From contig DASTFB010000070.1 in assembly GCA_035709005.1 (NCBI GenBank), forward strand, positions 5,223 to 69,222: DNA of 64,000 nucleotides. Direction: 5' to 3'. The notes beneath the pieces are model-generated. The model had not been told where the DNA came from. It saw only the letters and a list, made by a program, of their open reading frames with translations, and ran no database searches. The translations under genes were made by a program, and so were the position numbers. Positions 27,501 through 36,299 of the stretch are shown here, one piece after another (positions within the stretch are counted from its first letter, which is position 1; each line of letters begins with the position of its first letter). The stretch is from Candidatus Methylomirabilota bacterium. Its GTDB lineage: Bacteria; Methylomirabilota; Methylomirabilia; Rokubacteriales; CSP1-6.

Positions 27501-28240
27501 ACCGCGTCGGGCAGATCCCTGAACACCCGGGTCATCGTGGGCCCATCACGCAGCTCCCGCTCGGCATTGGGGCCCAGGCGCGTGCCGGCGCGGTCGAGAT
27601 CGACCTTCTCGCGAATACAGGTGAACACGTCAGCGACCGCCCGACCGCCCGGCCGCGCGTAGAGCGGCTGGTTGGCGGCGACGAGGGCCACCCGCGCGCG
27701 CCGGGCCAGCGTGACCAGCGCCTCCAGCACGCGCTCCTGGTCCCGATCGAAGTGACGCTGCACCTCCACGAAGCAGTTGGAGCGTCCGAAGATCCCCACG
27801 AGCCGGTCGAGCCAGGCCCGCGCCTCCTCCGGGCCACCCGCGGCCAGACGGCGCGCCAGTGGGCCCCGTGCGCCACCGGTGAGACAGACCAGCCCGTCGA
27901 CGTGGCCGGTCAGGTCGTCCAGCGTGGCCACGGCCTTGCCCTTGGGAGCGCCGAGCTTCGTCCGGGTGATGAGTCGGCAAAGGTTGCGGTAGCCCTCCCG
28001 ATCCTCCACGAGCAGGGGCAGCCGCGAGCCGTCGTCGAGGGTGAGCTCGCTTCCCACCAGCGGCTTCACGCCCGCTCGCACCGCGGCCTGGTGGAACCGC
28101 GCGGCGCCGTAGAGCCCGTCGCGATCCACCAGCGCCAGCGCCGGCATCCCCCGGCGCGCCGCCTCGGCCACGAAGACATCCGGCTGCTCGGCACCCTCGA
28201 GAAACGTGAACGCGGACTGCGCGTGCAGTTCGATGAACAT
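24545..28240 (-). CDS. dnaE2: error-prone DNA polymerase DnaE2 (ImuC), interrupted by a mini-intein and a repeat-encoded insertion
   Basis: MFIELHAQSAFTFLEGA... PHP N-terminus; polymerase III alpha core; last gene of the imuA-imuB-dnaE2 cassette. Confidence 0.9.
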   Translation of the reverse strand: MFIELHAQSAFTFLEGAEQPDVFVAEAARRGMPALALVDRDGLYGAARFHQAAVRAGVKPLVGSELTLDDGSRLPLLVEDREGYRNLCRLITRTKLGAPKGKAVATLDDLTGHVDGLVCLTGGARGPLARRLAAGGPEEARAWLDRLVGIFGRSNCFVEVQRHFDRDQERVLEALVTLARRARVALVAANQPLYARPGGRAVADVFTCIREKVDLDRAGTRLGPNAERELRDGPTMTRVFRDLPDAVHQSGELALRLGFTLKDLGYRFPDFPLPPGETAPAHLRRLVDAGVRQRYGRGRLAARARRQVDHELDIIGRLDLAGYFLIVWDIIEYCRTHDILVQGRGSAANSAVCYALGITAVDPVGMDLLFERFLSEARGEWPDIDMDLPSVERREAVIQYVYRRYGRLGAGMTANVITYRGRSAAREVAKALGLPAEFQDRLARLAPNWGYQDPNDLLTRHLAEAGCDPRHPRIRAFAALWTRLQDLPRHLGQHSGGMVIAAGRLDDVVPLEPATMPGRVVIQWDKDDCAALGIIKIDLLGLRMMSVLQEAIAIVRETGADIDLGHLPPDDRTVYAMLQRADTIGVFQVESRAQMATLPRISPERFYDLVVQVAIIRPGPIVGDMVHPYIRRRRGREPVSYPHPSLEPILERTLGVPLFQEQLLRMAMVAAGFTGTEAEELRRAFGFKRSERRMAEVEQKLRAGMATRGITGVAADQIAHAITAFALYGFPECVAGGTRVMDADTGRWITIEDVANGKVRLASTLACAPGLRLSRRRVLEARSSGPRMVYRLRTAQGREIMATAEHPLLTATGWRPLATLGIGEHIAAARTLPSVGGTGRPRHQRIGSLGWDRIVAIAPVGVRATYDLEIEGDHNFLANDLVVHNSHASSFALLAYASAYLKAHHPAAFYAALLNNQPMGFYHAATIIKDAQRHGLTIHPIDITRSDWLCAIETETDDRDSDRAGKPAPGEIAAGHGRGDFQPKGATPPSGLPRPGARALFKIRLGLRYVKGLRESAGRAIARARGERPFASLADLARRAGLERDELTALAATGALDALNGTRRAALWQAARPVLPGLLQAAEPSTEPSPLPEMSVAERLDADYAGTGVTLGPHPLALLRSTLARQGIVRAGDLARVAHGRVVRVAGSVIVRQRPGTAKGFVFLSLEDETGIANVIVTPQLFERHRLVLVAAPYLLVDGILQTQDGVVSVRARRVRPLQGPGGAVPSHDFG
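25237..25345. repeat. family-B repeat element (GGGCACGGGCACCCGG...CGCCACGCCCGTGCCCCGCCGC) with nested family-A hairpin, in-frame inside dnaE2
   Basis: Same core as the tandem copies at 28244-28408 and the inverted copy at 37140-37185; encodes the ~45-aa insertion ...TETDDRDSDRAGKPAPGEIAAGHGRGDFQPKGATPPSGLPRPGARA... between conserved DnaE2 blocks. Confidence 0.5.
25586..26044 (-). other. mini-intein (153 aa, no homing-endonuclease domain) inside dnaE2
   Basis: Host junction ...ALYGFPE|CVAGGTRVMDADTG...DLVVHN|SHASSFAL... First residue Cys, terminal HN, +1 Ser; flanks reconstitute the conserved YGFPESHA(A/S)SFA motif. Confidence 0.8.
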
Positions 28241-28243
28241 TTA

Positions 28244-28408
28244 TAGGGTGCGGGCACCCGGGCTTCGCCACGCCCGTGCCCCGCCGCGATCACCCGCGGT
28301 GGTGATTCGGTTGCGCTGCGTGCGTCGCGACATCACAGGGTGCGGGCACCCGGGCTTCGCCACGCCCGCACCCCGCCGCGATCACCCGCCACGGTTGCTC
28401 GGTTGCGG
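28244..28408. repeat. family-B repeat, two tandem ~72-bp copies in the imuB-dnaE2 intergenic region
   Basis: agggtgcgggcacccgggcttcgccacgcccgtgccccgccgcgatcacccgc... occurs twice (28244-28315, 28337-28408) with a 21-nt spacer. Confidence 0.7.
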
Positions 28409-28450
28409 GGCGTGCGGCCCGACTTCGGGCGCCACGCCCGTGGCGCGCCG

Positions 28451-29953
28451 TCAGTCGTAGATGCCATCCAGGACCCAGTGGTTGGCCATGCGATCGAGGG
28501 CGAGCCGGCACAGCGTGCCGTCGTCGAGGAGGAGGTCCCACTCGTCGCGAGCCCAGGCGCGGCCGTCCCACCACTCTCCCGAGACTCGCCAGGGCCCGGC
28601 GCACGCGACGACACGCCGGCCCACGCCGGCCCACTGCACGGACGCCGGGTGGTCGGCCGCCGCCACCACCTGCACCCTCACTGGTGGACGGATCCGCCGG
28701 AGGACCACGCTCGATACCGGCGCGGCGCCGGCGCGATCGCCCTCCTCGGTGGGAACGAAAGGCACCAGCGTGACCGGGTCCGGGTGATGGGAATCGACGA
28801 GCCGCGGCGACCCGAAGTTGTCGGGCCCCACCAGCTCGGTCAGATGAGCAACCAGGGCAGCCAGATCGCGCTGGCGCGGCGCCGGGGGCTGTCCTAGCTG
28901 TCCTTGCCCGGGCGCGACCGGCACGACGCGGGCGCTCACCGCCACCGCGGTCACCGCCGCCGCGGGTGGCCGCGCGGCGAGCTCGCAGCGGATGAGCGGG
29001 ACGAGGACCGCGCGCTCACACGCCGGCTGGGCCAGGGCGATCGCGCGCTCGTGCCGCTCGCCTGTGGTGAGCCGGAGGCGGAGATCCAGCCGGTCGGCCC
29101 ACACGTGGGCGGCGCCCAGGCGAGCGGTGAGCCGTTCGAGCACACGATCCAGCACGACGGCCAGCATCTGGAGATCCTCGATTTCCCAGTCGAGGTCCTG
29201 AGCCTCCTCCCAGAACGGTGGGGGGACGTACGGCCGGAACGGATCACGATCGTGCCCGCAAGCGAGATCGTGGAGGCGCAAGCCTTCCTGGCCCAGCCGC
29301 TCCGCCAGCCCCGCGCGCGGCAGCGCCGCCAGCTCTCCCAGCGTCCGCACCCCCCAACGCCCCAGGGTCGCCGCGGTGGTCGCCGGCAGGTCGAGGACCG
29401 CGAGCGGCGCGGTCGCGAGCACCGCCCGTTCACCGCCGGGCGGCACCACGGCGACCCGGCGGCTCGTGGCCCGCACGGCGACTCCGGCGACCGTTCGGCT
29501 GCTCGCGACACCAGCGCGGGCGGCGAGGCCCACCATTCGGGCCTGGCGCACCAGGCGCTCTGCCACGGCGCCGTCGTCACCGAACAGCCGTTGTAGGCCG
29601 GCGACATCGGCATGGACGAGCCCGGGAGCGGTGTCTTCCACACGGGGGGACACGGCGAGCGCGGCTTCGACGAGCGCATGCTGCGCCGACACCAGGGTCT
29701 CCTCGCCGAGCGCTCGGCAGACGAGGTCGGGGCAGCGTGCACGGGCCTCGCTCTCGGTCATCCTCGGCCGCACGCCGGCCTCGCGGGCGATGGCGTTGGC
29801 CTCGACCACCCGCGTCACCGGCGGCGCTCCCCGGACGATCGCCAGGGCGCGCTCGGCCAGCACCGGCTCGCCGCGCTCGGCGGCCGCCGCTGCGAAGAAC
29901 GGCACCCACACGCAGGCGACGCGGCCGCCCGGCGAGCTCACGCCGTCCACCAC
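28451..29953 (-). CDS. imuB: ImuB (Y-family polymerase-like protein of the mutagenesis cassette)
   Basis: 500 aa, ...VACVWVPFFAAAAAER... N-terminus typical of ImuB/DinB-like proteins; sits between imuA and dnaE2. Confidence 0.7.
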   Translation of the reverse strand: MVDGVSSPGGRVACVWVPFFAAAAAERGEPVLAERALAIVRGAPPVTRVVEANAIAREAGVRPRMTESEARARCPDLVCRALGEETLVSAQHALVEAALAVSPRVEDTAPGLVHADVAGLQRLFGDDGAVAERLVRQARMVGLAARAGVASSRTVAGVAVRATSRRVAVVPPGGERAVLATAPLAVLDLPATTAATLGRWGVRTLGELAALPRAGLAERLGQEGLRLHDLACGHDRDPFRPYVPPPFWEEAQDLDWEIEDLQMLAVVLDRVLERLTARLGAAHVWADRLDLRLRLTTGERHERAIALAQPACERAVLVPLIRCELAARPPAAAVTAVAVSARVVPVAPGQGQLGQPPAPRQRDLAALVAHLTELVGPDNFGSPRLVDSHHPDPVTLVPFVPTEEGDRAGAAPVSSVVLRRIRPPVRVQVVAAADHPASVQWAGVGRRVVACAGPWRVSGEWWDGRAWARDEWDLLLDDGTLCRLALDRMANHWVLDGIYD

Positions 29954-30498
29954 CGGGTGACGTCAGAGGGGACGACGCCGCCCAGGGAGCCGCGCCCGCG
30001 GAGCAGGCGCACGGCCGTGCCCACGCGGGCCAGGCGCGTCGGCGCGCCGCGCGGACCGCTCCACTCCAGCGACCGCCGGACGGCCTGGACGGCCAGCGCC
30101 GCGCCGGGACCGGCGATGCGCCGACTCGCCAGGATGAGCAAGGCCGCGCCCGACCGGCGAACGGCCAGCCGCAGTCGGAATGCGAGCGTGAGAGGCAGGC
30201 GCGGCGGACGCTCGCCGACGTCGAGCGCGACGACCGTGAACCCGGGGCACCGCACGAGACGATCAGCCACGCGCAGCGCGACATCGTGACGTCCGCCGCA
30301 ACGCACCCACAGCAGGCGCCGGAGATTCACCCCGGCGCGCGCGGCGGTCGAGGGATCGAAGGCGTGGTCGGTGTCTACCAGCGCGGCCACCGCCCCGCGC
30401 TGCGTGACTTCGCGCAAGCAATCGACGAGCAGGCTCGTGCGTCCGGACGACGGCGCACCGACGATCTCCGTGATCTCGCCCGGCACGATCATGCCCAT
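29938..30498 (-). CDS. imuA: ImuA (RecA-fold SOS cell-division-inhibitor-like protein)
   Basis: ...EITEIVGAPSSGRTSLLV... Walker-A-like ImuA motif; overlaps imuB by 16 nt. Confidence 0.65.
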   Translation of the reverse strand: MGMIVPGEITEIVGAPSSGRTSLLVDCLREVTQRGAVAALVDTDHAFDPSTAARAGVNLRRLLWVRCGGRHDVALRVADRLVRCPGFTVVALDVGERPPRLPLTLAFRLRLAVRRSGAALLILASRRIAGPGAALAVQAVRRSLEWSGPRGAPTRLARVGTAVRLLRGRGSLGGVVPSDVTRWWTA

Positions 30499-30690
30499 TA
30501 CTTATCACGTGTTGAGCCTATGACAAGGAGCCAGATATTGGTGCTCTGGCGGCGGTCACCACCAGATAAAGTGGGATCGCGGCGCACGATCCGGTTGCGA
30601 TCGAAACTGGCACAGAATCCACCGATGTGGCCCCGCGCTTGCACCTTGCCTGGCACAGAAAGCGACAGCGAGGAAACTCGAGAAGCGAAA

Positions 30691-31770
30691 ATGGCCAGGC
30701 AAATCGGGTATGCGGTGGTCGGGCTCGGCAACACCGCGCGTACAGCGATCTTGCCTGCATTCGCGCGCAGCACCGAGCATTCTCGCCTCGCCGCGGTGAT
30801 CTCCGGCGATCGCGCCAAGGCCCAGCTGGTGGCCCAGCAGTATCATGCTGCCGCCTACCATTACGAGGAGCTGCGCCAGTGCCTGCAGCGCGAGGATGTG
30901 AACGTCCTGTACATAGCCCTGCCGAACTCGATGCACTCCGACTACGCGGTGGAGGCGGCCCGCGCCGGCGTCCACGTCCTCTGCGAGCCCCCCATGGCGG
31001 TGACCGCCGACGAGTGCCGCCGCATGATCCGCACCTGCCAGACGAACCGCGTCAAACTGATGATCGCCTACCGGTTGCGGTTCCGGCCTTCCGTCCTCGA
31101 GGCCCTGGCCCTGGTGCGGGGCGGGCACATCGGGTTACCCAAGACCTTGAGCTCGGACCTGACCACGCGCGTGGAGGCCCCGGATAGCATCCGCCTGCAG
31201 CGGCGGCTGGGCGGTGGCACCGTCTACCACCTGGGAGTAGAGTGCATCCACGCCGCGCGCAGCGTGTTCGGCGCCGATCCCGCGCAGGTCATGGCCATGA
31301 CGGCCAGGACGAGCCGTCGTTACGGCGGCGACGTCGACGAGAGCGCGGTGGCGCTGATCCGGTTCCCCGACGAGCGCCTGACCCACTTCCACGCGAGCTT
31401 CGGAGAGGAGCCGTCGTCCGGCTTCACCATCTTCGGAGAAGACGGCTGGATCCACGTGGCCAACGCCTACGAGCCGCAGGCCTCCGGCCACCTCATCTTG
31501 CTGCAGCGGGAGCAGCGGCAGGAGACCTCCTTCGAGCCGACGGACGAGTACGCGGCAGTGCTCAGCCACTTCTCCACGGCCGTGCGGGAAGAGCGCGTGC
31601 CCGAGCCCACCGGTGTCGAGGGGCTTCAAGACGTCCGCGTCATCGAGGCGATCTACCGCTCGGCGCGGGACGGCCGGCCGGTGACCCTGCCGCGGCTGGC
31701 CCGCATGGCGGCGCCGGGAGCGGAGCAGGAGGCCGTCCGGTCCCCCGGCCAGCGCCAACAGGCGAGCTGA
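30691..31770 (+). CDS. Gfo/Idh/MocA-family NAD(P)-dependent oxidoreductase
   Basis: MARQIGYAVVGLGNTARTAILPAFA...; the ORF-track ORF from 29218 is a spurious extension. Confidence 0.85.
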   Translation: MARQIGYAVVGLGNTARTAILPAFARSTEHSRLAAVISGDRAKAQLVAQQYHAAAYHYEELRQCLQREDVNVLYIALPNSMHSDYAVEAARAGVHVLCEPPMAVTADECRRMIRTCQTNRVKLMIAYRLRFRPSVLEALALVRGGHIGLPKTLSSDLTTRVEAPDSIRLQRRLGGGTVYHLGVECIHAARSVFGADPAQVMAMTARTSRRYGGDVDESAVALIRFPDERLTHFHASFGEEPSSGFTIFGEDGWIHVANAYEPQASGHLILLQREQRQETSFEPTDEYAAVLSHFSTAVREERVPEPTGVEGLQDVRVIEAIYRSARDGRPVTLPRLARMAAPGAEQEAVRSPGQRQQAS

Positions 31771-31852
31771 ACTGCCTGGCACGTCCGTTGCGTTCTCTAC
31801 ATACCGGAAGTCCGCGAAGGACATGACAGGCACGAGAAGAAGGAGGTCACAC

Positions 31853-32284
31853 ATGGACAGGTGGAGTGTACTGGCGCTCGCCCTAGCGGTCGCCATGCTC
31901 ACTGGTCCCGCGCTCGCGCAGACCACGGGCGGCGGGACGTCCCAGACGCCGATGGCACCCAGCACGTCGGGTGGCGAGGCCGCCAAGCCGGACGCCATGA
32001 AGTCGGATCCCTCCAAGGCCGGCCGGGCCGCACGCACCGGCAACCGCGAGCAGGTGAAGGCTGCACAGGAGGCGCTCAAGCAGAAGGGCTTCGACCCCGG
32101 CGCGGCCGACGGGATGATGGGCCCCAAGACCCAGGCGGCCCTGAAAGAGTTCCAAAAGTCCGAACAGCTGAACGAAACGGGCCGTCTCGACGCCGAGACG
32201 ATGGCCAAGCTGGGCGTGCAGGCCAAGGCCGACGGCGCGAGCCCGTCCGCGTCGCCGACCACCAGCCCGACCAAGGGCCGGTAG
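31853..32284 (+). CDS. secreted peptidoglycan-binding-domain protein
   Basis: AGGAGG SD; signal peptide MDRWSVLALALAVAMLTGPALAQ; C-terminal ...VKAAQEALKQKGFDPGAADGMMGPKTQAALKEFQ... PG_binding_1 motif. Confidence 0.65.
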   Translation: MDRWSVLALALAVAMLTGPALAQTTGGGTSQTPMAPSTSGGEAAKPDAMKSDPSKAGRAARTGNREQVKAAQEALKQKGFDPGAADGMMGPKTQAALKEFQKSEQLNETGRLDAETMAKLGVQAKADGASPSASPTTSPTKGR

Positions 32285-32360
32285 TTCTCGCCGCTTCAGG
32301 GCGCCGGGCGGCGGCCCGGCCGGGCTGTCCGGTCAACCGCCGCCCCGCGCTCCTGGCACA

Positions 32361-33623
32361 ATGATCATCGTGCGCAGCCTCCGATTGCTCTACCTCCTGC
32401 CCCTGCTCATCCTCCTGGCGGCGGGATGCGCGACGCGCGTCCATCCCCACGTGGTGCTGCCGCCGCTGCAGCTTGGTGAGCCGTCGTTCTTCCCGACGCT
32501 CGAGGCCTACTCCGCCGCGCCCATCGTGAGCGGCAACGCCGTCGACGTGCTCCTGAACGGGGACGACATCTTCTCGGCGATGTTCGAGGCGATCGGCTCG
32601 GCCCGGCAAACGATCACGTACGCCCAGTACTACTACGAGGACGGCGAGATCGCGCGAGCCCTGGCCGAAGTCCTGGCCGAGCGGGCCCGGGCCGGCGTGG
32701 GCGTCAATGTCCTGCTCGATGCGTTCGGCGCGGCGGGCATGCCCGGCGAATACGTCGACCTGATGAAGCGATCCGGATGCCACGTCGCCTACTTTCGGCT
32801 GCCCAAGCCCTGGCAGATCTGGCGCGCCAACAACCGGAACCACCGGCGGGTGCTGGTCGTCGACGGCAAGGTCGGCTTCACCGGCGGCTCGGGTGTCAGC
32901 GACAAGTGGCTCGGCGACGGAAAGCTGGCCAGCTTCTGGCGGGAGACCGACGTCCGCGTGCGGGGTCCCGTCGTCGAGTTCCTGCAGGGGGCATTCGCCG
33001 AGAACTGGCTGGAGGCCACCGGCATCGTGCTAGGAGGGGAAGCTTACTTCCCCCGCCCGGTGCAGCCGGTGGGCAACGTGTACGCTCAGATCGTGCGCAG
33101 CTCGCCGGCCGCCGGCACCTACGCCATCTATACGACGCTCCTGCTGGCCATCTCGGCGGCCCGCCGCTCGATCTTCATCACCAACCCATACTTCGTCCCC
33201 GACGACGCCATGGAGGAGGCCCTGGCGGCCGCGGTGAAGCGCGGCGTCCGTGTGGTGGTGCTCGTGCCGGGGCGCATCGATCACAACCTGGTCCGCCAGG
33301 CCAGTCGGAGCGGATACGGTCGGATGCTCAAGGCCGGCGTGGAGATTTACGAGTACCGGGCGGCGCTCCTGCACGCAAAGACCATGGTCGTGGACGGCGT
33401 GTTCGCCACGATCGGCAGCACGAACCTGGACAACCGCTCGTTCGCGCTCAACGACGAGCTGAACGTCGTCACCTACAGCCGTGCGGTGGGCCGCCGGATG
33501 GAGGAGATCTTCGAAGAAGACCTCACCCACGCCAGGAAGGTCGAGTACAGCACCTGGAGTCGCCGGGGGTTCATGGACCGTGTGCTGGAGAAGCTGACGA
33601 TCCCGATTCGCCACCAGCTGTAG
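32361..33623 (+). CDS. cls: cardiolipin synthase / phospholipase D-family lipoprotein
   Basis: Lipobox LLAAGC; two HKD motifs (NHRRVLVVDG and LHAKTMVVDG). Confidence 0.85.
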   Translation: MIIVRSLRLLYLLPLLILLAAGCATRVHPHVVLPPLQLGEPSFFPTLEAYSAAPIVSGNAVDVLLNGDDIFSAMFEAIGSARQTITYAQYYYEDGEIARALAEVLAERARAGVGVNVLLDAFGAAGMPGEYVDLMKRSGCHVAYFRLPKPWQIWRANNRNHRRVLVVDGKVGFTGGSGVSDKWLGDGKLASFWRETDVRVRGPVVEFLQGAFAENWLEATGIVLGGEAYFPRPVQPVGNVYAQIVRSSPAAGTYAIYTTLLLAISAARRSIFITNPYFVPDDAMEEALAAAVKRGVRVVVLVPGRIDHNLVRQASRSGYGRMLKAGVEIYEYRAALLHAKTMVVDGVFATIGSTNLDNRSFALNDELNVVTYSRAVGRRMEEIFEEDLTHARKVEYSTWSRRGFMDRVLEKLTIPIRHQL

Positions 33624-33649
33624 CTGGGTCACCCGGCGGTCGCCGCGAC

Positions 33650-33720
33650 ATCTCTTCTTTAGCCTGGAGGGGGCAGCGACTGCCCCCTCCAGCCCCCCCA
33701 TTCGCGCGAGGCGTCACCCC
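33650..33720. repeat. family-A palindromic repeat element (copy 3, inverted orientation)
   Basis: ttagcctggagggggcagcgactgccccctccag...ccattcgcgcgaggcg is the reverse complement of the 8038/17553 elements. Confidence 0.75.
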
Positions 33721-33752
33721 CGGGCGCTGTGACCGAACGGTGTCGTCCGCGC

Positions 33753-34007
33753 TTATGCGCGGCGGCTGGAGAACGCGAGGCGGTAGAGCGCCAGCACGAT
33801 GACGGCGCCGATCACGGCCATGATGAACCCGGCCGTCTCGCCCTCCCGGTACAGCCCCATCACCCGACCCACCCACCCGCCGAGCAGGGCGCCGACGATC
33901 CCGAGGACGATCGTGATGATGATCCCGCCGGGATCGCGCCCCGGCATGATGAACTTGGCGACGATGCCGACGACGAGGCCGAACAGAATCCACAGGATGA
34001 TGTCCAT
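33753..34007 (-). CDS. GlsB/YeaQ/YmgE-family stress-response membrane protein
   Basis: 84 aa MDIILWILFGLVVGIVAKFIMPGRDPGGIIITIVLGIVGALLGGW... is the transglycosylase-associated protein signature. Confidence 0.8.
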   Translation of the reverse strand: MDIILWILFGLVVGIVAKFIMPGRDPGGIIITIVLGIVGALLGGWVGRVMGLYREGETAGFIMAVIGAVIVLALYRLAFSSRRA

Positions 34008-34087
34008 CGCGAACTCCTTCCCGGGTGGAAATTACACCGACGGACATCGGCGTGCACAGCGGATGCCACCGTGCATTGTTGTAAAAC

Positions 34088-34276
34088 TTACTCGTCTCGT
34101 CGTTGCCAGGCGGCTACGATCCCCCGTGCGCTGAAGGCGGTCAGGCCGATCAGAGGGATGGAGAGGACGGCCGGCAAGACGGCGTCCTCGAAGGGCAGCG
34201 TCATGGCGGCCCGGAAGACTTCCACCCCGAGAACATTGCAGACGAGAAAGAACGCAGCCCACAGTCCGATACGCAT
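34088..34276 (-). CDS. hypothetical small two-TM membrane protein
   Basis: MRIGLWAAFFLVCNVLGV...LPAVLSIPLIGLTAF; no homology evidence. Confidence 0.25.
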   Translation of the reverse strand: MRIGLWAAFFLVCNVLGVEVFRAAMTLPFEDAVLPAVLSIPLIGLTAFSARGIVAAWQRRDE

Positions 34277-34403
34277 CAGGGCGTGACCTCCACCGTTGAC
34301 GACGTCGGGTTCGAGACCGCCCCGCATCCTACGCCGCATAACGGGAGACGTGTAGGAAAATTCTTGGGTGACGGTTGGCACGGCCTTCGCTAGAGCCAGG
34401 GGC

Positions 34404-34601
34404 ATGAGCTACTGCGCCGCGTGTGGGCTGCAACTGACCGGAGAGACGTCGCTCTGTCCGCATCATCACTGCGTCTACGGCGATGACTGGGCCGCGGCCA
34501 ACCGGATCATGTGCGATTTCTTCCACCGAGGGAAGATCCCGCCGCGCCTGACCCGGCCCCAGCGCGAGGACGACTTCTGGCACGCCGCCGAAGCGGCCTG
34601 A
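34404..34601 (+). CDS. hypothetical zinc-ribbon small protein
   Basis: MSYCAACGLQLTGETSLCPHHHCVYGDDW... has a CxxC...CPHHHC metal-binding arrangement. Confidence 0.35.
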   Translation: MSYCAACGLQLTGETSLCPHHHCVYGDDWAAANRIMCDFFHRGKIPPRLTRPQREDDFWHAAEAA

Positions 34602-34605
34602 GGCG

Positions 34606-36198
34606 CTAGCCGGCGACCGCCATTCGGCCCGGCGGCGACACCGGGGCGTAGAACGAAGGCTCACGGGCGCCGTCCAGGCATTGCCGGGTGAAGGCGATCA
34701 GGTGGTGGCTGACGACGGCGGTCTGGATGACCTGCTCGATGTCGCCACGACGGAGCAGCGGCGCGGCGAAGCGCCAGAATGTTCTTCGGTAGTCGCCGCG
34801 GACGCCGACCCGCCAGATCACCCGCCCCAGCACTCCGAGGCCCATGACCAGGTTGCGCCAGGAGCCACGGTGCGGGCTGGGCGGAAAGGCGATCCGGTTC
34901 GGGAAGGTATGGGCGACGTTGTGGGCGAACCGCGCATACACGGCGTCGGGCTCGTACACCGTCTGGATGCAGCGTAGCCAGGTGCCGAGCACGGTATCGT
35001 AGGGCAGCTTGAAGACGACGTTCGACTCCCGATCGCCGTCGGCGAGCAGCCGCCCCTCGGCCTGTAGCCGCCCCCACAGCGGGGTCTTGGGCAGGGCGTA
35101 TAGCAAATTGATGGTGAGCACGGGGATGTGGGAGGCGCGCACGAACTCGATGAGGTGATCGGCCGTCTGGGGGGTGTCCGTGTCCAGGCCGATGATGATC
35201 CCCGACACGACCTCCAGGCCGTACCCGTTGAGCTTGGCCACCGCCTCCAGGATGGGCATGCGAAGGTTCTGATCCTTGGACATGAAGCGCAGCGCCGCCA
35301 CCTCCGGCGTCTCGATGCCGCAAAAGACCGTGATGAACCCCGCCTCCCGCATGAGCGCCAGCACCCGATCGTTCTTGGCGATGTTCAGCGTCGCCTCGCA
35401 CGCGAAGCGCACCGGGTAACGGTTGCGCTGCTGCCAGGCCACCAGGTGCGGCAAGAGCTCCTGGGTGGCCCGCTGGTTGGCGATGAAGTTGTCGTCGACG
35501 AAATAGACGGCGGTGGCGCCGCCGGCCACGAGCTGGTCCAGTTCGGCCAGGACCTGCTCGGGCTTCTTCAGTCGGGGGTTCCGTCCGTACAGGGCGGGGA
35601 TATCACAGAACTCGCACGTGTAGGGACAGCCGCTGGAGAACTGGATGCTGGCGATGAAGTACCGCTGCACGGCGATACGGTCGTAGGCCGGGATCGGGAA
35701 GTCGGCGAGGGGCAGCCGCTCGCCGGTCTCGAAGCGCAGCTGGTGCTCGGGGCGGCCCCGGCTGCGGTCGATCCACTCGATCACCCGGTCGGTGGCGTCC
35801 CCGAGCTCTCCCAGATGCACGAGGTCGGCGTCGGGGTAGAACTCGGGACAGCTCGAGACCGACGGGCCACCCAGCACCACCGGCCGTCCCATCGCGTGGG
35901 CGCGAACGATGATGTCCTCGATGGCCCTGCGCTGGACGTGCATGCCGGACACCAGCACGGCGTCGGCCCAGCGGAAATCACGCGCGGCCGCCGGGGCCGC
36001 GTTCTCGTCGATGAAGCGGACCTCCCACGTGGCCGGCAGGTAGCTGGCCACCACCAGCAAGCCCTGGGGCGGCATGAACGCCCGGACCCGACGCCCGAAA
36101 AAGGGATAGGAGTGATGAAACGTTCCGAAGGACGGAGCGTAGCGCGGGGAAACACAGAGGAGGCGCCGGCGCGTGAGCGGGACGTAGCGCGTCCGCAT
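34606..36198 (-). CDS. B12-binding radical SAM protein (class B, DUF4070-type C-terminus)
   Basis: N-terminal cobalamin-binding region followed by CPYTCEFC (CxxxCxxC) radical SAM cluster motif. Confidence 0.85.
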   Translation of the reverse strand: MRTRYVPLTRRRLLCVSPRYAPSFGTFHHSYPFFGRRVRAFMPPQGLLVVASYLPATWEVRFIDENAAPAAARDFRWADAVLVSGMHVQRRAIEDIIVRAHAMGRPVVLGGPSVSSCPEFYPDADLVHLGELGDATDRVIEWIDRSRGRPEHQLRFETGERLPLADFPIPAYDRIAVQRYFIASIQFSSGCPYTCEFCDIPALYGRNPRLKKPEQVLAELDQLVAGGATAVYFVDDNFIANQRATQELLPHLVAWQQRNRYPVRFACEATLNIAKNDRVLALMREAGFITVFCGIETPEVAALRFMSKDQNLRMPILEAVAKLNGYGLEVVSGIIIGLDTDTPQTADHLIEFVRASHIPVLTINLLYALPKTPLWGRLQAEGRLLADGDRESNVVFKLPYDTVLGTWLRCIQTVYEPDAVYARFAHNVAHTFPNRIAFPPSPHRGSWRNLVMGLGVLGRVIWRVGVRGDYRRTFWRFAAPLLRRGDIEQVIQTAVVSHHLIAFTRQCLDGAREPSFYAPVSPPGRMAVAG

Positions 36199-36299
36199 AT
36201 GGGCCTGGCAAGCATAACCCATTCACCGCCCCGACGCTCAGCACCGCGCGCGTGGGAAAATGGCTGGACGATCGGCTAGAATTCGGCGCGGAGGACGGC

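Noticed and set aside
28244-28408. Possible CRISPR array (two direct repeats with a spacer)
   Set aside because: Only two copies; the 72-bp repeats are far longer than CRISPR repeats, the spacer is 21 nt, no cas genes, and the same core occurs dispersed (25237, 37140). It is a REP-like family.
30640-30660. ctggcacagaaagcga resembling a sigma-54 -24 element
   Set aside because: No TTGC -12 element at the required spacing, so I did not call a promoter.
29218-30690. 850-aa plus-strand ORF spanning imuA/imuB antisense and continuing into the Gfo/Idh/MocA gene
   Set aside because: Only the last 359 aa (from MARQIGYAVVGLG at 30691) are protein-like; the upstream part is RG-rich shadow frame.
30499-30690. 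Expected LexA/SOS box upstream of imuA
   Set aside because: No match to the E. coli, Gram-positive or alphaproteobacterial consensus that I can recognise by eye. Only a short cacgtg palindrome; left as a note in findings rather than a feature.
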